Positions 1-8,716 of a stretch of DNA of 23,686 bases are shown here, piece by piece (within the stretch, counting starts at the first letter, position 1; the number at the start of each line of letters is the position of its first letter). The translations under genes and the position numbers were made by a program. The stretch spans positions 696,595-720,280 of the forward strand of contig BCKQ01000004.1 in the NCBI GenBank assembly GCA_001600695.1. Reading direction: 5' to 3'. Under the pieces are notes generated by a model. The model was not told the origin of the DNA and did no database searches. It saw only the letters and a list, made by a program, of their open reading frames with translations. The stretch comes from Ascoidea asiatica JCM 7603 (lineage: Eukaryota > Fungi > Ascomycota).

Positions 1-910
1 TTTATTTTAAAATTAATTGGTGAAATTTACTTCAAATTTATAATAAATAATGATAATATTGATAATATTGTATATAAAATGAAATTCTGAGGGAATTATT
101 TAACCACTTGTCAAAAATTTTCTCTTATAATTCAATTATTATTCTTTTATTTGTTCAAAAAAAATAGGATATAAAATATTAATATCACCTCCCATATGTT
201 ACAGATACCTTTTAAAATAATTTTTATGAATTTTTATGAACATTTTAAAAGAATTTAAAAGAATTTTGCCTTAGCAATTTGATTATCTAAGCCTTATGGA
301 AAAACTATTTAGTAATAATAAAAAATAAAAAAAATAAAAAAAAATAAAACCAAAATACAATCTCTATAACGATAATCTATACAATCAGCCAAATGTTAAA
401 AACTTGTTATATTTCATTAATTGGTTAACATTAAGCCGGTTAAATTGAAATTTTTATATCCAGTATAATTTTATGTAGTGTATATGAAAAATAGTTAATG
501 AAAATAATAATATTTGGAATACCCATAAAAAATTATCCTTTTAGAATAATTATAAATTAAGTAATGAAAAGCCATTCATACCTTCATAATAAAATATGAT
601 ATATTTTAATTTTCACTTAGTTTATTGAAATTTATAATTATTTAATTCAATTAATTCCATTTCTAGATTGATTCTCCTATTATGAAGTATAAAAAAAAGT
701 AGTTTTTAAGTAAAGTTTATTAGAAATAATAGTGTCATTAATATTATTTAACATTTTCAAATTTAGCCAGCTATTGAACGGCTACTTTTTTGAAGTTTTT
801 TAAAACTGCAAAGTTGAGAAGTTTTAAAATTTTGAATATTAAAAATATTTAAAATAAATATTATTTATTTATGTATCTATCACGATATGAAGATTATTGA
901 ATTAATTTAA
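1..910 (+). mobile_element. Putative highly decayed L1-clade (Zorro-like) non-LTR retrotransposon reverse-transcriptase relic
   Basis: No ORF, but collinear motif remnants across + frames: IIFMNFYEHFKRI 217-255 (cf. hhhhDFEKAFDRV); LYNQP..IN(t)G 377-425 (cf. LY..P...hNG); LYPV*FYVV 454-480 (3 substitutions from LSPVLFNVV); EK*LMKI..FGIPI 486-527; YLHN 579-590 (cf. YADD); ISRL 659-670 (cf. SGL); TAT..GGC TAC 772-785 (cf. YLGY); LSRY-(G)-RLL-IN 877-906 (cf. LS..GR..hN). Matched by eye only, with frameshifts allowed; boundaries approximate. Confidence 0.45.
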
Positions 911-1102
911 GTTGAAGATAATGTTTAAGATTTGAAAAGAAATTAATTATTTATTACGTAAGTAAGTGAATAAGTAAGTATATAGATATAAATATTTATT
1001 TAATTAGAATTAAAATTAATTAGAAATGGAATTAGAATTGAAATGGAAATAGAAAAAAGAATATAAAAAGAATGAATGAGAATTGAAGTTGATTGAAGTG
1101 AA

Positions 1103-1761
1103 TTAAACTTGTACAGTTGATTTTTTTCTTAATATTGGAGTTTTAATTTGATTTAAAATAATAAAAGAATTTTCTGGAGAACTTAATTCAGTATAAGTTA
1201 CATAAAAAGTAGAAACAGCTAAGATTATACCAATAATACCACCAGCTTTAGTTACATTTTCAGAACCTGTGAAATTTGCAATTGATAAAATAAAAAAAGT
1301 TAAAAAAACTTCAAAAATTATAATAAAAAAATCAATTCTACCTTTCCAAGTACAAATCCATAATAATAAACAATATAAAGCCCAAGCAAGAAGGTAAAAA
1401 CCTAAAGCATTACCTAATTGTTTACCAGTTTTATCAGATGAATAAGCATTAATTATACCAAAAGATTCAGTATTTATTGCAGCCCATGATATCCAAAAAC
1501 TTCCAAAAGGTACAAAAACTGAACTTGTATAAGTATCACCTTGAGAAAAAGCTAATAAACCAGAAATCATTAAAGTTATACCACCTGAGAAATAAGCAGA
1601 AGCTGCAGCAACATTTGGAATATTTAAACCAAGACAATTTGCATTTGAACAAGAAAGAATGAAGATTGTAATTGCAAAAACAGATAAACCCATTGGTAAA
1701 TAATTTGCAGGTTTTACTTTTTCTGGAGAATTATCAACATCAAAATTGTTATTAGTCTTAA

Positions 1762-1799
<38 letters not shown>

Positions 1800-2020
1800 G
1801 AATTTAATAATAAAGATAATTTTTTAGAATCTTTTAAAATTAAAGAATTTATTAAATCATCTTTCAAGACTTTATTATCACCAATTTGAATATAATTATC
1901 AAAATTTGAAATATTTTTAATTTCATTATTGTTATTGTTATTGTTATTGTTATCATTATGATTTATAAATTCTTGTTGAGAATCCATTGGTTTCTCATTA
2001 CAACTTGTACTAAATGACAT
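1103..2020 (-). CDS. GPR1/FUN34/YaaH (ATO/ADY2/SatP) family acetate/ammonia transporter
   Basis: 305-aa ORF with about 6 hydrophobic helices. ANYLPMGLSVFAIT is a variant of the NPAPLGL signature; also GDT..SS.F..FGSFW, LGFYLLAW and KAGGIIGII. Poly-Asn N-terminus. Paralog (ADY2/ATO2/ATO3) not assignable. Confidence 0.93.
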
Positions 2021-2257
2021 TTTGTTATGTTGTGTTATGTTTACTATTATATTATTATTATGATTAAGAGTTATAGGATATGAAAGTAAATTATAATTGT
2101 GAAAAAAGATTAGTGAAAATAATAATGTTTTATAATAATTTTCTTTTCATAATAAAGATATTTATTCAATTTGCTAATTATTTAAATTATTGATATCTTT
2201 TTTTTTCTTTCAAAGTGAGGAGATTTCTGACACACCATCAGAGTTTATCAATAATCA

Positions 2258-2290
2258 TTTACGGTGTGTTTACGGTGTGTTTACGGTGTG
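2258..2290. repeat. Perfect 11-bp tandem repeat (TTTACGGTGTG)x3 in ATO upstream region
   Basis: Three exact copies at 2258-2268, 2269-2279 and 2280-2290. Confidence 0.97.
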
Positions 2291-2479
2291 AATTCAATCA
2301 TTCACTGCTGTATTTTTGACTGGAATATTCTCGTAGTGGAATTGCAAAAGTGAATTTAACCTTAAACCAGAACAAGAAAAGCGAGGAAACAACAAACAAA
2401 CAAACAGATAACAATCAATAATAACATCAACAACAATCAACAAAAGAATCCAGCATTGCTATTAGCCTAAATAGATGCC

Positions 2480-2830
2480 ATTGAAGTGTTGGATCTTCGA
2501 GGGGAATAACTTCGTATTTCCCACCACAAAAGGCCCTCGACGCTTTCGGAAATACTCATCAGCCAGACTGGGGCAAGGCTGGGACACGGCTGGGACACGC
2601 GCGCACCCCCAGTGGACCCCTCTGCCTCGGACTCCTCCAGACCGGGCTTAACTCCGAAACCCAATCCGCCACATATGTGCCCCAAGACTTGGGCCAAAAG
2701 CTATCCAGGGCCTATCCACACTTGTGGGGTTCAGTTGTGGCGCGGTGCTGAGTCAGCTTTTTCTGTTAAGTTTCTCGGCTTCGCGGAGCCCCCGTGATAA
2801 GTATGTATGAAACCATTACCGTGGAGCTTC
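2480..2830 (-). promoter_or_regulatory. GC-rich upstream regulatory island of the ATO gene
   Basis: About 60% GC over 2561-2800 by hand count. Mig1/Adr1-type SYGGRG/TTGGRG cores at 2568, 2607, 2635, 2680, 2724, 2821. Gcn4/AP-1 site TGAGTCA 2749-2755 inside palindrome GCTGAGTCAGC. Factor identities are inferred. Confidence 0.65.
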
Positions 2831-2948
2831 TTTCTTTAAGTATATCTATATACGAAAACCTTACACAGTAAGAAGTTAATTGAATAACATACATAAAATA
2901 TTTAATTTCTAATAATACAAAGGTGGTAATAAGGTGGTGATAATTGAA

Positions 2949-3278
2949 TTAAATTTTATCTTTTTTCCAATTTTCAACCATATCATTCATTAAAATATCT
3001 GCAACATTTCTTTTAACAATTTCATTTTTAAAAATATTATTATCTTTTGAAAAAATTAAAAATTTTAAAATTTGTAATGAATTTGGATAAATTAAAAATT
3101 TTGAATTTTTTTTAATTGACCAAAAATTATATAAATAATTTAAATATGATAAAAATTTTTTATCTTCAAGATATTTATTTTGTGCTAAATAATTTAAATA
3201 ATTTAAATTTGATAAAGATTGTATAAATTCTAATTCAATTTCCCATCTTGTTGGTAATTCTTTATTTATTTCTTCCAT
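2949..3278 (-). CDS. SOH1: Mediator subunit Med31/Soh1
   Basis: LPTRWEIELEFIQSLSN..YLNYLAQ..Y..D..F..YL.YL..W....YP..L..L is the Med31 signature; 109 aa fits the family. Confidence 0.93.
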   Translation of the reverse strand: MEEINKELPTRWEIELEFIQSLSNLNYLNYLAQNKYLEDKKFLSYLNYLYNFWSIKKNSKFLIYPNSLQILKFLIFSKDNNIFKNEIVKRNVADILMNDMVENWKKDKI

Positions 3279-3427
3279 TATTTCTTCATCATCTACCTCT
3301 ATTATATTATAATTTATGAATAAATGAAGAGTAAATAAAGTATTAATTAGTTTATTACCGCTTAAGTACTTTTTACTTTCTTATATTCAATAAAGGGGTA
3401 AAATATTTATATCGGTATTTAAATAGT

Positions 3428-3437
3428 ATCACGTGAT
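3428..3437. promoter_or_regulatory. Cbf1/Tye7-type E-box palindrome ATCACGTGAT in SOH1-DUO1 divergent promoter
   Basis: Perfect 10-bp palindrome containing TCACGTGA near the middle of the 330-bp divergent intergenic region. Confidence 0.55.
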
Positions 3438-3607
3438 CATTATCATTATTATCAATATTATTTTTGATTGTTTATTTTTTAAACTTAATACTTAATAGAG
3501 TAAATAGTAGTATATAAAGAAGAATAAATATAAATATAAATATAAATATAAATATAAATGAAATGAAATGAAATGAAATGAATTAAAGATATAAGAGAAA
3601 TAATGAA

Positions 3608-4390
3608 ATGGAAGAAATTAATATAGAAGAAATATATGATAAAATAGATTTAATAAAAAGAAATTCAATTAATGTTAATACTAGTTTTAATAATGATTTA
3701 AATGAAAATATAACTTTAGATATTAATGGTAATATTATAAACTCCAATAATACTTCAATTGAAGAAGATCCAAAAGAAGACAATATAGAAGACAATATAG
3801 AAGAAGAAGAAGAAGAAGAAGAAAAGATTAATAATTCAATATTCTCAATTAATGAAAGTATTAATGAAAGTATTAATGAAACTATTAATAATATCAATAT
3901 AAATGATAATATTCTTGATAATAATATAAATTATAACATAATAAGTAAAACAGAATTAAGAAATGAATTAAAGAAATTAAAATTAATTAATAATTTCATT
4001 AATAAAAGTATTGAAAGTATTCAAATGATTGAATTTAATTTAATTAAAATTAATAAAAATGTAAATAATTCAAATAATTTAATTTCAGATTGGATTAAAA
4101 TTATTTCTCAAACTATTAATATTAATAAATTATTACAATCAAATAATATTAATAATAATAATATTAATAATAATAAATGGGAAGGTAAAAAAAATGATAA
4201 TTTTAAATTTGATGAAAAATTTAAAAAATTAAATGATTTAAAAATTTATGAAAATAATTTAAAAAAATTAAAATTAAAAAAAGAAATTGAAAAAAAAAAA
4301 GAAATGAAAATTAAAGAAGAAAAATTAAAAAAAAGAGATGAATTAATTAAAAGAAGAATTTATGGTAATAAATCAAAAAGATTTAGATAA
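3608..4390 (+). CDS. DUO1: DASH/Dam1 kinetochore complex subunit Duo1
   Basis: ELKKLKLINNFINKSIESIQ...NL.KINKNVNNSNNLISDWIKIISQT....KLL followed by KWEG matches the DASH_Duo1 pattern (W..ILSQT...LL...W.G). Acidic N-terminus and basic coiled-coil tail. Confidence 0.8.
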   Translation: MEEINIEEIYDKIDLIKRNSINVNTSFNNDLNENITLDINGNIINSNNTSIEEDPKEDNIEDNIEEEEEEEEKINNSIFSINESINESINETINNININDNILDNNINYNIISKTELRNELKKLKLINNFINKSIESIQMIEFNLIKINKNVNNSNNLISDWIKIISQTININKLLQSNNINNNNINNNKWEGKKNDNFKFDEKFKKLNDLKIYENNLKKLKLKKEIEKKKEMKIKEEKLKKRDELIKRRIYGNKSKRFR

Positions 4391-4435
4391 TTTTTAGATA
4401 TTATTAAATAATATAAATCTGGAGAAATGTGTTAA

Positions 4436-4480
4436 AAATCGGATAAATTGGATAAATCGGATAGTTTGGATAATTTGGAT
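4436..4480. repeat. 9-bp degenerate tandem repeat (AAATYGGAT-like) x5 downstream of DUO1
   Basis: aaatcggat aaattggat aaatcggat agtttggat aatttggat. Confidence 0.9.
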
Positions 4481-4649
4481 AATTAGTTATGATTTAGGAG
4501 AATAAAGTAAAGATATAATAAAGTACTGTATCAGTTTATGAAGTTATTCATTCATTCATTCATTCATTCTATTTATTTGATTATGAGAGGGTACATTAAA
4601 GTGGGTTGTAATGATTTTTATTCTCTTATGTAAAAGTAATATAATATAT

Positions 4650-5070
4650 TACAATATCCGGGGAGTACCGTATCCAAGGATTGTATCCGTATATACTAAT
4701 AAACAAACCATGACGCGGATATACTTGCAACCGGACTGGACTATCAAAAGCAGAAAACTTCCCGAAACGGAACGCCGACGTGGGGTGGCTTTTTTGGTGG
4801 CCGTCAGCAGGTGCTGGTGTTCGGTGTCAGTTCTGGGTGAGTGCCGACGTCGAGTGCACAGCCAGTGCGGGTGGCCCACTGAAGGCACTCGAAATGCTCC
4901 CACTTCCCCAGGGTCGGATTTTCTTTGAGGGTGGTGTCTGCAGTGCTCGCGGCCTGGGCACTCTAACGACATATTTCTCGCGCGGTGTGAGAGGGTGCTC
5001 CACCTCCCACTCTCTTACTCTCTTACTCTCTTACTTTCTTTCCCGGTTTCCACTCCCTGGATTACAAGCG
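4650..5070 (+). promoter_or_regulatory. GC-rich upstream regulatory island of PDB1
   Basis: About 62% GC over 4761-5010 by hand count. Repeated GTGC/GCAC, GGTGGC and CGG/CCG triplets, followed by pyrimidine-rich leader-like sequence running to the PDB1 ATG. Confidence 0.6.
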
Positions 5071-5434
5071 TTAATATCCACCCAGATTTATCATCATCTA
5101 TTTTATTCTATTCTATCATAATCATAATCAATCAATCAATCAATCAATTAATCAATATATTATCAATTATCAATCAATTATCTATTTATCCTTAGATTTA
5201 ATATATCATTTCGAATTATCTTCTAATAATTTTCATTCTTTCTCTTTTCTTTGTCTTTCATCTTTCATCTTTCATCTTTCATCTTTCAATTGAAATCTTT
5301 ATATTAAATAATATATATTGTAATTGGTAATATAATATATTAATTCATTTACTCCTTGTTTAATAAATTGATATTTTATTATCTTTTCAATAAAAAAAAA
5401 ACATTTATGAGATTTAATAATATCTCATATCAAT

Positions 5435-5437
<3 letters not shown>

Positions 5438-5476
<39 letters not shown>
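5438..5476. repeat. (AAT)n microsatellite in PDB1 5' leader
   Basis: Run of AAT units ending about 25 nt before ATG 5501. Confidence 0.9.
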
Positions 5477-5478
<2 letters not shown>

Positions 5479-5500
5479 TAAATAAATAATCTAAACAAAA

Positions 5501-6646
5501 ATGGCTTCAAATATTATTAAATCAAATCTTTCAAATATTTTAAATAAAAATGTTAAAAATATTTCAAAATTTAATAATTTAAAAAATTTATCAAATTTAA
5601 AATCTCAAAAAATGATGTTTCAAAGAAATGAATCTTCTGCATCTCAATTAACTCCAATTACTGTAAGAGATGCTTTAAATTCTGCAATGGCTGAAGAAAT
5701 TGAAAGAGATAAAGATGTTTATTTAATGGGTGAAGAAGTTGCTGTTTATAATGGTGCTTATAAAATTTCAAGAAATTTATTAGATAGATTTGGTGATAAA
5801 AGAATTATTGATACTCCAATTACTGAAATGGGTTTTACTGGGTTATGTGTTGGTAGTGCTTTAGCAGGTTTAAAACCAATTTGTGAATTTATGACTTTTA
5901 ATTTTGCAATGCAATCAATTGATCAAATTATAAATTCTGCTGCAAAAACTTTTTATATGTCTGGTGGTAAACAACCTTGTAATATAACTTTTAGAGGTCC
6001 AAATGGTGCTGCTGCTGGTGTTGCTGCTCAACATTCTCAATGTTATGCTGCTTGGTATGGTTCAATTCCTGGTTTAAAAGTTGTTTCTCCATATTCTGCT
6101 GCTGATTATAGAGGTTTAATTAAAGCTGCAATTAGAGATCCAAATCCAGTAATTTTTTTAGAAAATGAAATTTTATATAATGATGTATTTAATTTAACTG
6201 ATGAAGAATTATCAATAGATTATGTTTTACCTTTTGGCAAAGCAAAAATTGAAAGAGAAGGTAATGATGTAACAATTGTTGCACATTCAAGAAATGTTCA
6301 ATTTTCTTTACAAGCTGCAGATGAATTAAAAAAAAAATATAATGTTGATGCTGAAATTATTAATTTAAGATCAATTAAACCAATGGATGTACCTTCAATT
6401 ATTAATTCAATTAAAAAAACTCATCATATTGTAACTGTTGAAGCTGGTTTTCCAGCTTTTGGTGTTGGTTCTGAAATTTGTGCTCAAATAATGGAAAGTG
6501 AAGCTTTTGATTATTTAGATGCTCCTGTTGAAAGATGTACTGGATGTGAAGTTCCAACTCCATATGCAAAAGAATTAGAAGATTTTGCATTCCCTGATCC
6601 TCCAACTATTGTTAGAGCTGCTAAAAAAGTTTTATCAATTGATTAA
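5501..6646 (+). CDS. PDB1: Pyruvate dehydrogenase E1 beta subunit, mitochondrial
   Basis: [62 protein letters not shown]. Basic, acid-free N-terminal presequence. Confidence 0.99.
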   Translation: MASNIIKSNLSNILNKNVKNISKFNNLKNLSNLKSQKMMFQRNESSASQLTPITVRDALNSAMAEEIERDKDVYLMGEEVAVYNGAYKISRNLLDRFGDKRIIDTPITEMGFTGLCVGSALAGLKPICEFMTFNFAMQSIDQIINSAAKTFYMSGGKQPCNITFRGPNGAAAGVAAQHSQCYAAWYGSIPGLKVVSPYSAADYRGLIKAAIRDPNPVIFLENEILYNDVFNLTDEELSIDYVLPFGKAKIEREGNDVTIVAHSRNVQFSLQAADELKKKYNVDAEIINLRSIKPMDVPSIINSIKKTHHIVTVEAGFPAFGVGSEICAQIMESEAFDYLDAPVERCTGCEVPTPYAKELEDFAFPDPPTIVRAAKKVLSID

Positions 6647-6896
6647 ATTACTTATTTATTATATATATGAATATATGAATTTACAAGAATATTAGAATAT
6701 TAGAATATTAGAATATACATAAATTATACAGTATGTATACATTCAATATATGAAATTAAACTTTTTATTTAAATTTGTCCATTTATAGATTTTATTTTAA
6801 ACAAATTTTTTTATACATAATATATATATATACTGTATATATTAATGAAATAAATGAATTAAAGATAATATATAAATATATAAATATAGATAAGTA

Positions 6897-8231
6897 TTAC
6901 ATAACAATTTCATATTTAACATCAGATTTAATTGATTTATTTGGTAAAACTACACAATTTTTAACAAAAACTTCATCATTTACATGACTATTACTACTTA
7001 AAATTGTTGCTTTATTAAATTTTACACCATTTTGTTCAAAATATGTTAAAATATCATCAACTTTAATTTTTGTACCTTCAATTCTACTCCATTTACCAAT
7101 AATTGAATTATTTGAAATAATTGAATTTAAAATACATGAATTTGATTTAATATTAACACCATCTAAGATTATTGAATCTTTTATTCTTACACCATCAGAA
7201 ATAATTGAATTTGGACCAATAGAAACATTTGGACCAATTTTTGAATTTTTTGAAATTATTGCAGAAGGATCAATAAAAACAGGTTGAATAATATTAATAT
7301 TATTATTATTAGATGATGATGATGATGATGATAATGATAAAGATTTAATTGAAGTTTCAGATTTTAATTTTAATTGATAATCATGTTGTAAACATAATTC
7401 ATTTGCAACTAAAGCACTACCTGGATTTTTAATTTGTGTCCAATATGAATTTGTTTTATAAATAAAAAAAGATTGATCATCAGGTAAATTTGATAAAATA
7501 TCATGTTCTAAAGAAATTACATCACCATCAAAATATTCTGAATTAATATTATTTAAAGAAGAAGATTCTTTTTTTAATTTTTGTTTTGCAATTTTATTAA
7601 TAATATATTTACAATTAAATAAATAAATTCCACCATTTATTAAATTACTAATATTTGATTCTGGTTTTTCAACATAATGAATAACTTTATCATCAGAATC
7701 TGCAACAATTGTACCAAAATTTTCATTATAATTTGAAAATTCATTAGAATTTTTTATAGATGATTTTAATTTTTTTACACCCATTATTACAGTTTTACAA
7801 TCAAAATCATCATAATAATTATTTTTATCTTCATAAAATTTTAATAAATTAATAAAATTAAAATCACAAATTATATCACCATGAATAACAAAAAAATTTT
7901 CTGGAGAACCTTTTTTAATTTCATCTCTAAAATGAAATAAACCACCAGCAGTACCCATTGCTTTATATTCTTTTAAATATTTAATTGAAATTTGATTATA
8001 AATTTTTTTAATATCATTTAAAAAATCTTTAAAAATTAATTCATCATAAAAACCAATTAATAAAATTTCAGTTAATGAAGGAATTTTAATTAATGAATCA
8101 ATTATATGAGATAATAATGGTTTACCAGCAATTGGAAATAATGGTTTTGGTACATCTAAAGATAATGGTCTAAATCTTGTACCACGAGTTTCACCACCAA
8201 CTAAAATTATAGCTTTTGTTGCACCACTCAT
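6897..8231 (-). CDS. PSA2: Mannose-1-phosphate guanylyltransferase alpha-like subunit (GMPPA / Psa2 / Mpg2 type)
   Basis: KAIILVGGETRGTRFRPLSLDVPKPLFPIAG has the alpha-type insertion relative to GGYGTRLRP of Psa1. Also YLKEYKAMGTAGGLFHFRD, HYVEKPE, ISLEHDIL, and a C-terminal hexapeptide beta-helix (KIGPNVSIGPN). Confidence 0.9.
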   Translation of the reverse strand: MSGATKAIILVGGETRGTRFRPLSLDVPKPLFPIAGKPLLSHIIDSLIKIPSLTEILLIGFYDELIFKDFLNDIKKIYNQISIKYLKEYKAMGTAGGLFHFRDEIKKGSPENFFVIHGDIICDFNFINLLKFYEDKNNYYDDFDCKTVIMGVKKLKSSIKNSNEFSNYNENFGTIVADSDDKVIHYVEKPESNISNLINGGIYLFNCKYIINKIAKQKLKKESSSLNNINSEYFDGDVISLEHDILSNLPDDQSFFIYKTNSYWTQIKNPGSALVANELCLQHDYQLKLKSETSIKSLSLSSSSSSSNNNNINIIQPVFIDPSAIISKNSKIGPNVSIGPNSIISDGVRIKDSIILDGVNIKSNSCILNSIISNNSIIGKWSRIEGTKIKVDDILTYFEQNGVKFNKATILSSNSHVNDEVFVKNCVVLPNKSIKSDVKYEIVM

Positions 8232-8587
8232 TTTTTTTTAAATAATGTATTGATTGATTGAATTGAAATGAATTGAACTAATTAAATGGAACTAATAATT
8301 GAATTGAATTGAGGTGAATTAAAGTGAATCGAAATGAATATCAGAGTAAATAATTTATAAAATCTGAAGAGATATTGAGATTGAGATTGAGATTAAAGCT
8401 TCTTTTTATGTTTTTGGAGTGAAGTGAATGAATGAATATTAATAGATAAAGGGATCAGTACTGAATTGAACAGGTATCAGAAAATAAATAAATGGTATTA
8501 GTAAATGGGCGCTAACGTAACAAAGTGATTTAGCGCCGGTTATTCAGTTATTCATTCAGTTAGACAACAGTGACAGCAGGGCAGAAA

Positions 8588-8596
8588 GACACGTGT
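8588..8596. promoter_or_regulatory. GACACGTGT bHLH/bZIP (Hac1-like) site upstream of PSA2
   Basis: CACGTG 8590-8595 within a locally GC-rich patch (8505-8640) about 360 bp upstream of the PSA2 ATG. Factor assignment is inference. Confidence 0.3.
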
Positions 8597-8716
8597 AAGA
8601 AGACCCAGGAGACTGGTTTCTTTCTTTCTTCTACGAGCTGTTTGTAACTACAAAAACACAATAACACAATAACACAAAAAGACAATCTAATTACAATAAC
8701 ACATTCATTCATTCCT

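Noticed and set aside
2467-2797. ORFs 2467-2697 (-) and 2612-2797 (+)
   Set aside because: Non-ATG starts, GC-island by-products, codon usage unlike real genes.
3428-3600. Point centromere (CDEI ATCACGTG plus AT-rich tract)
   Set aside because: No CDEIII (TTCCGAA-like) at a suitable distance; it lies in a short divergent promoter.
4611-5195. Overlapping ORFs in the PDB1 upstream GC island
   Set aside because: Several frames are open because stops are rare at high GC; no domains; atypical codon usage.
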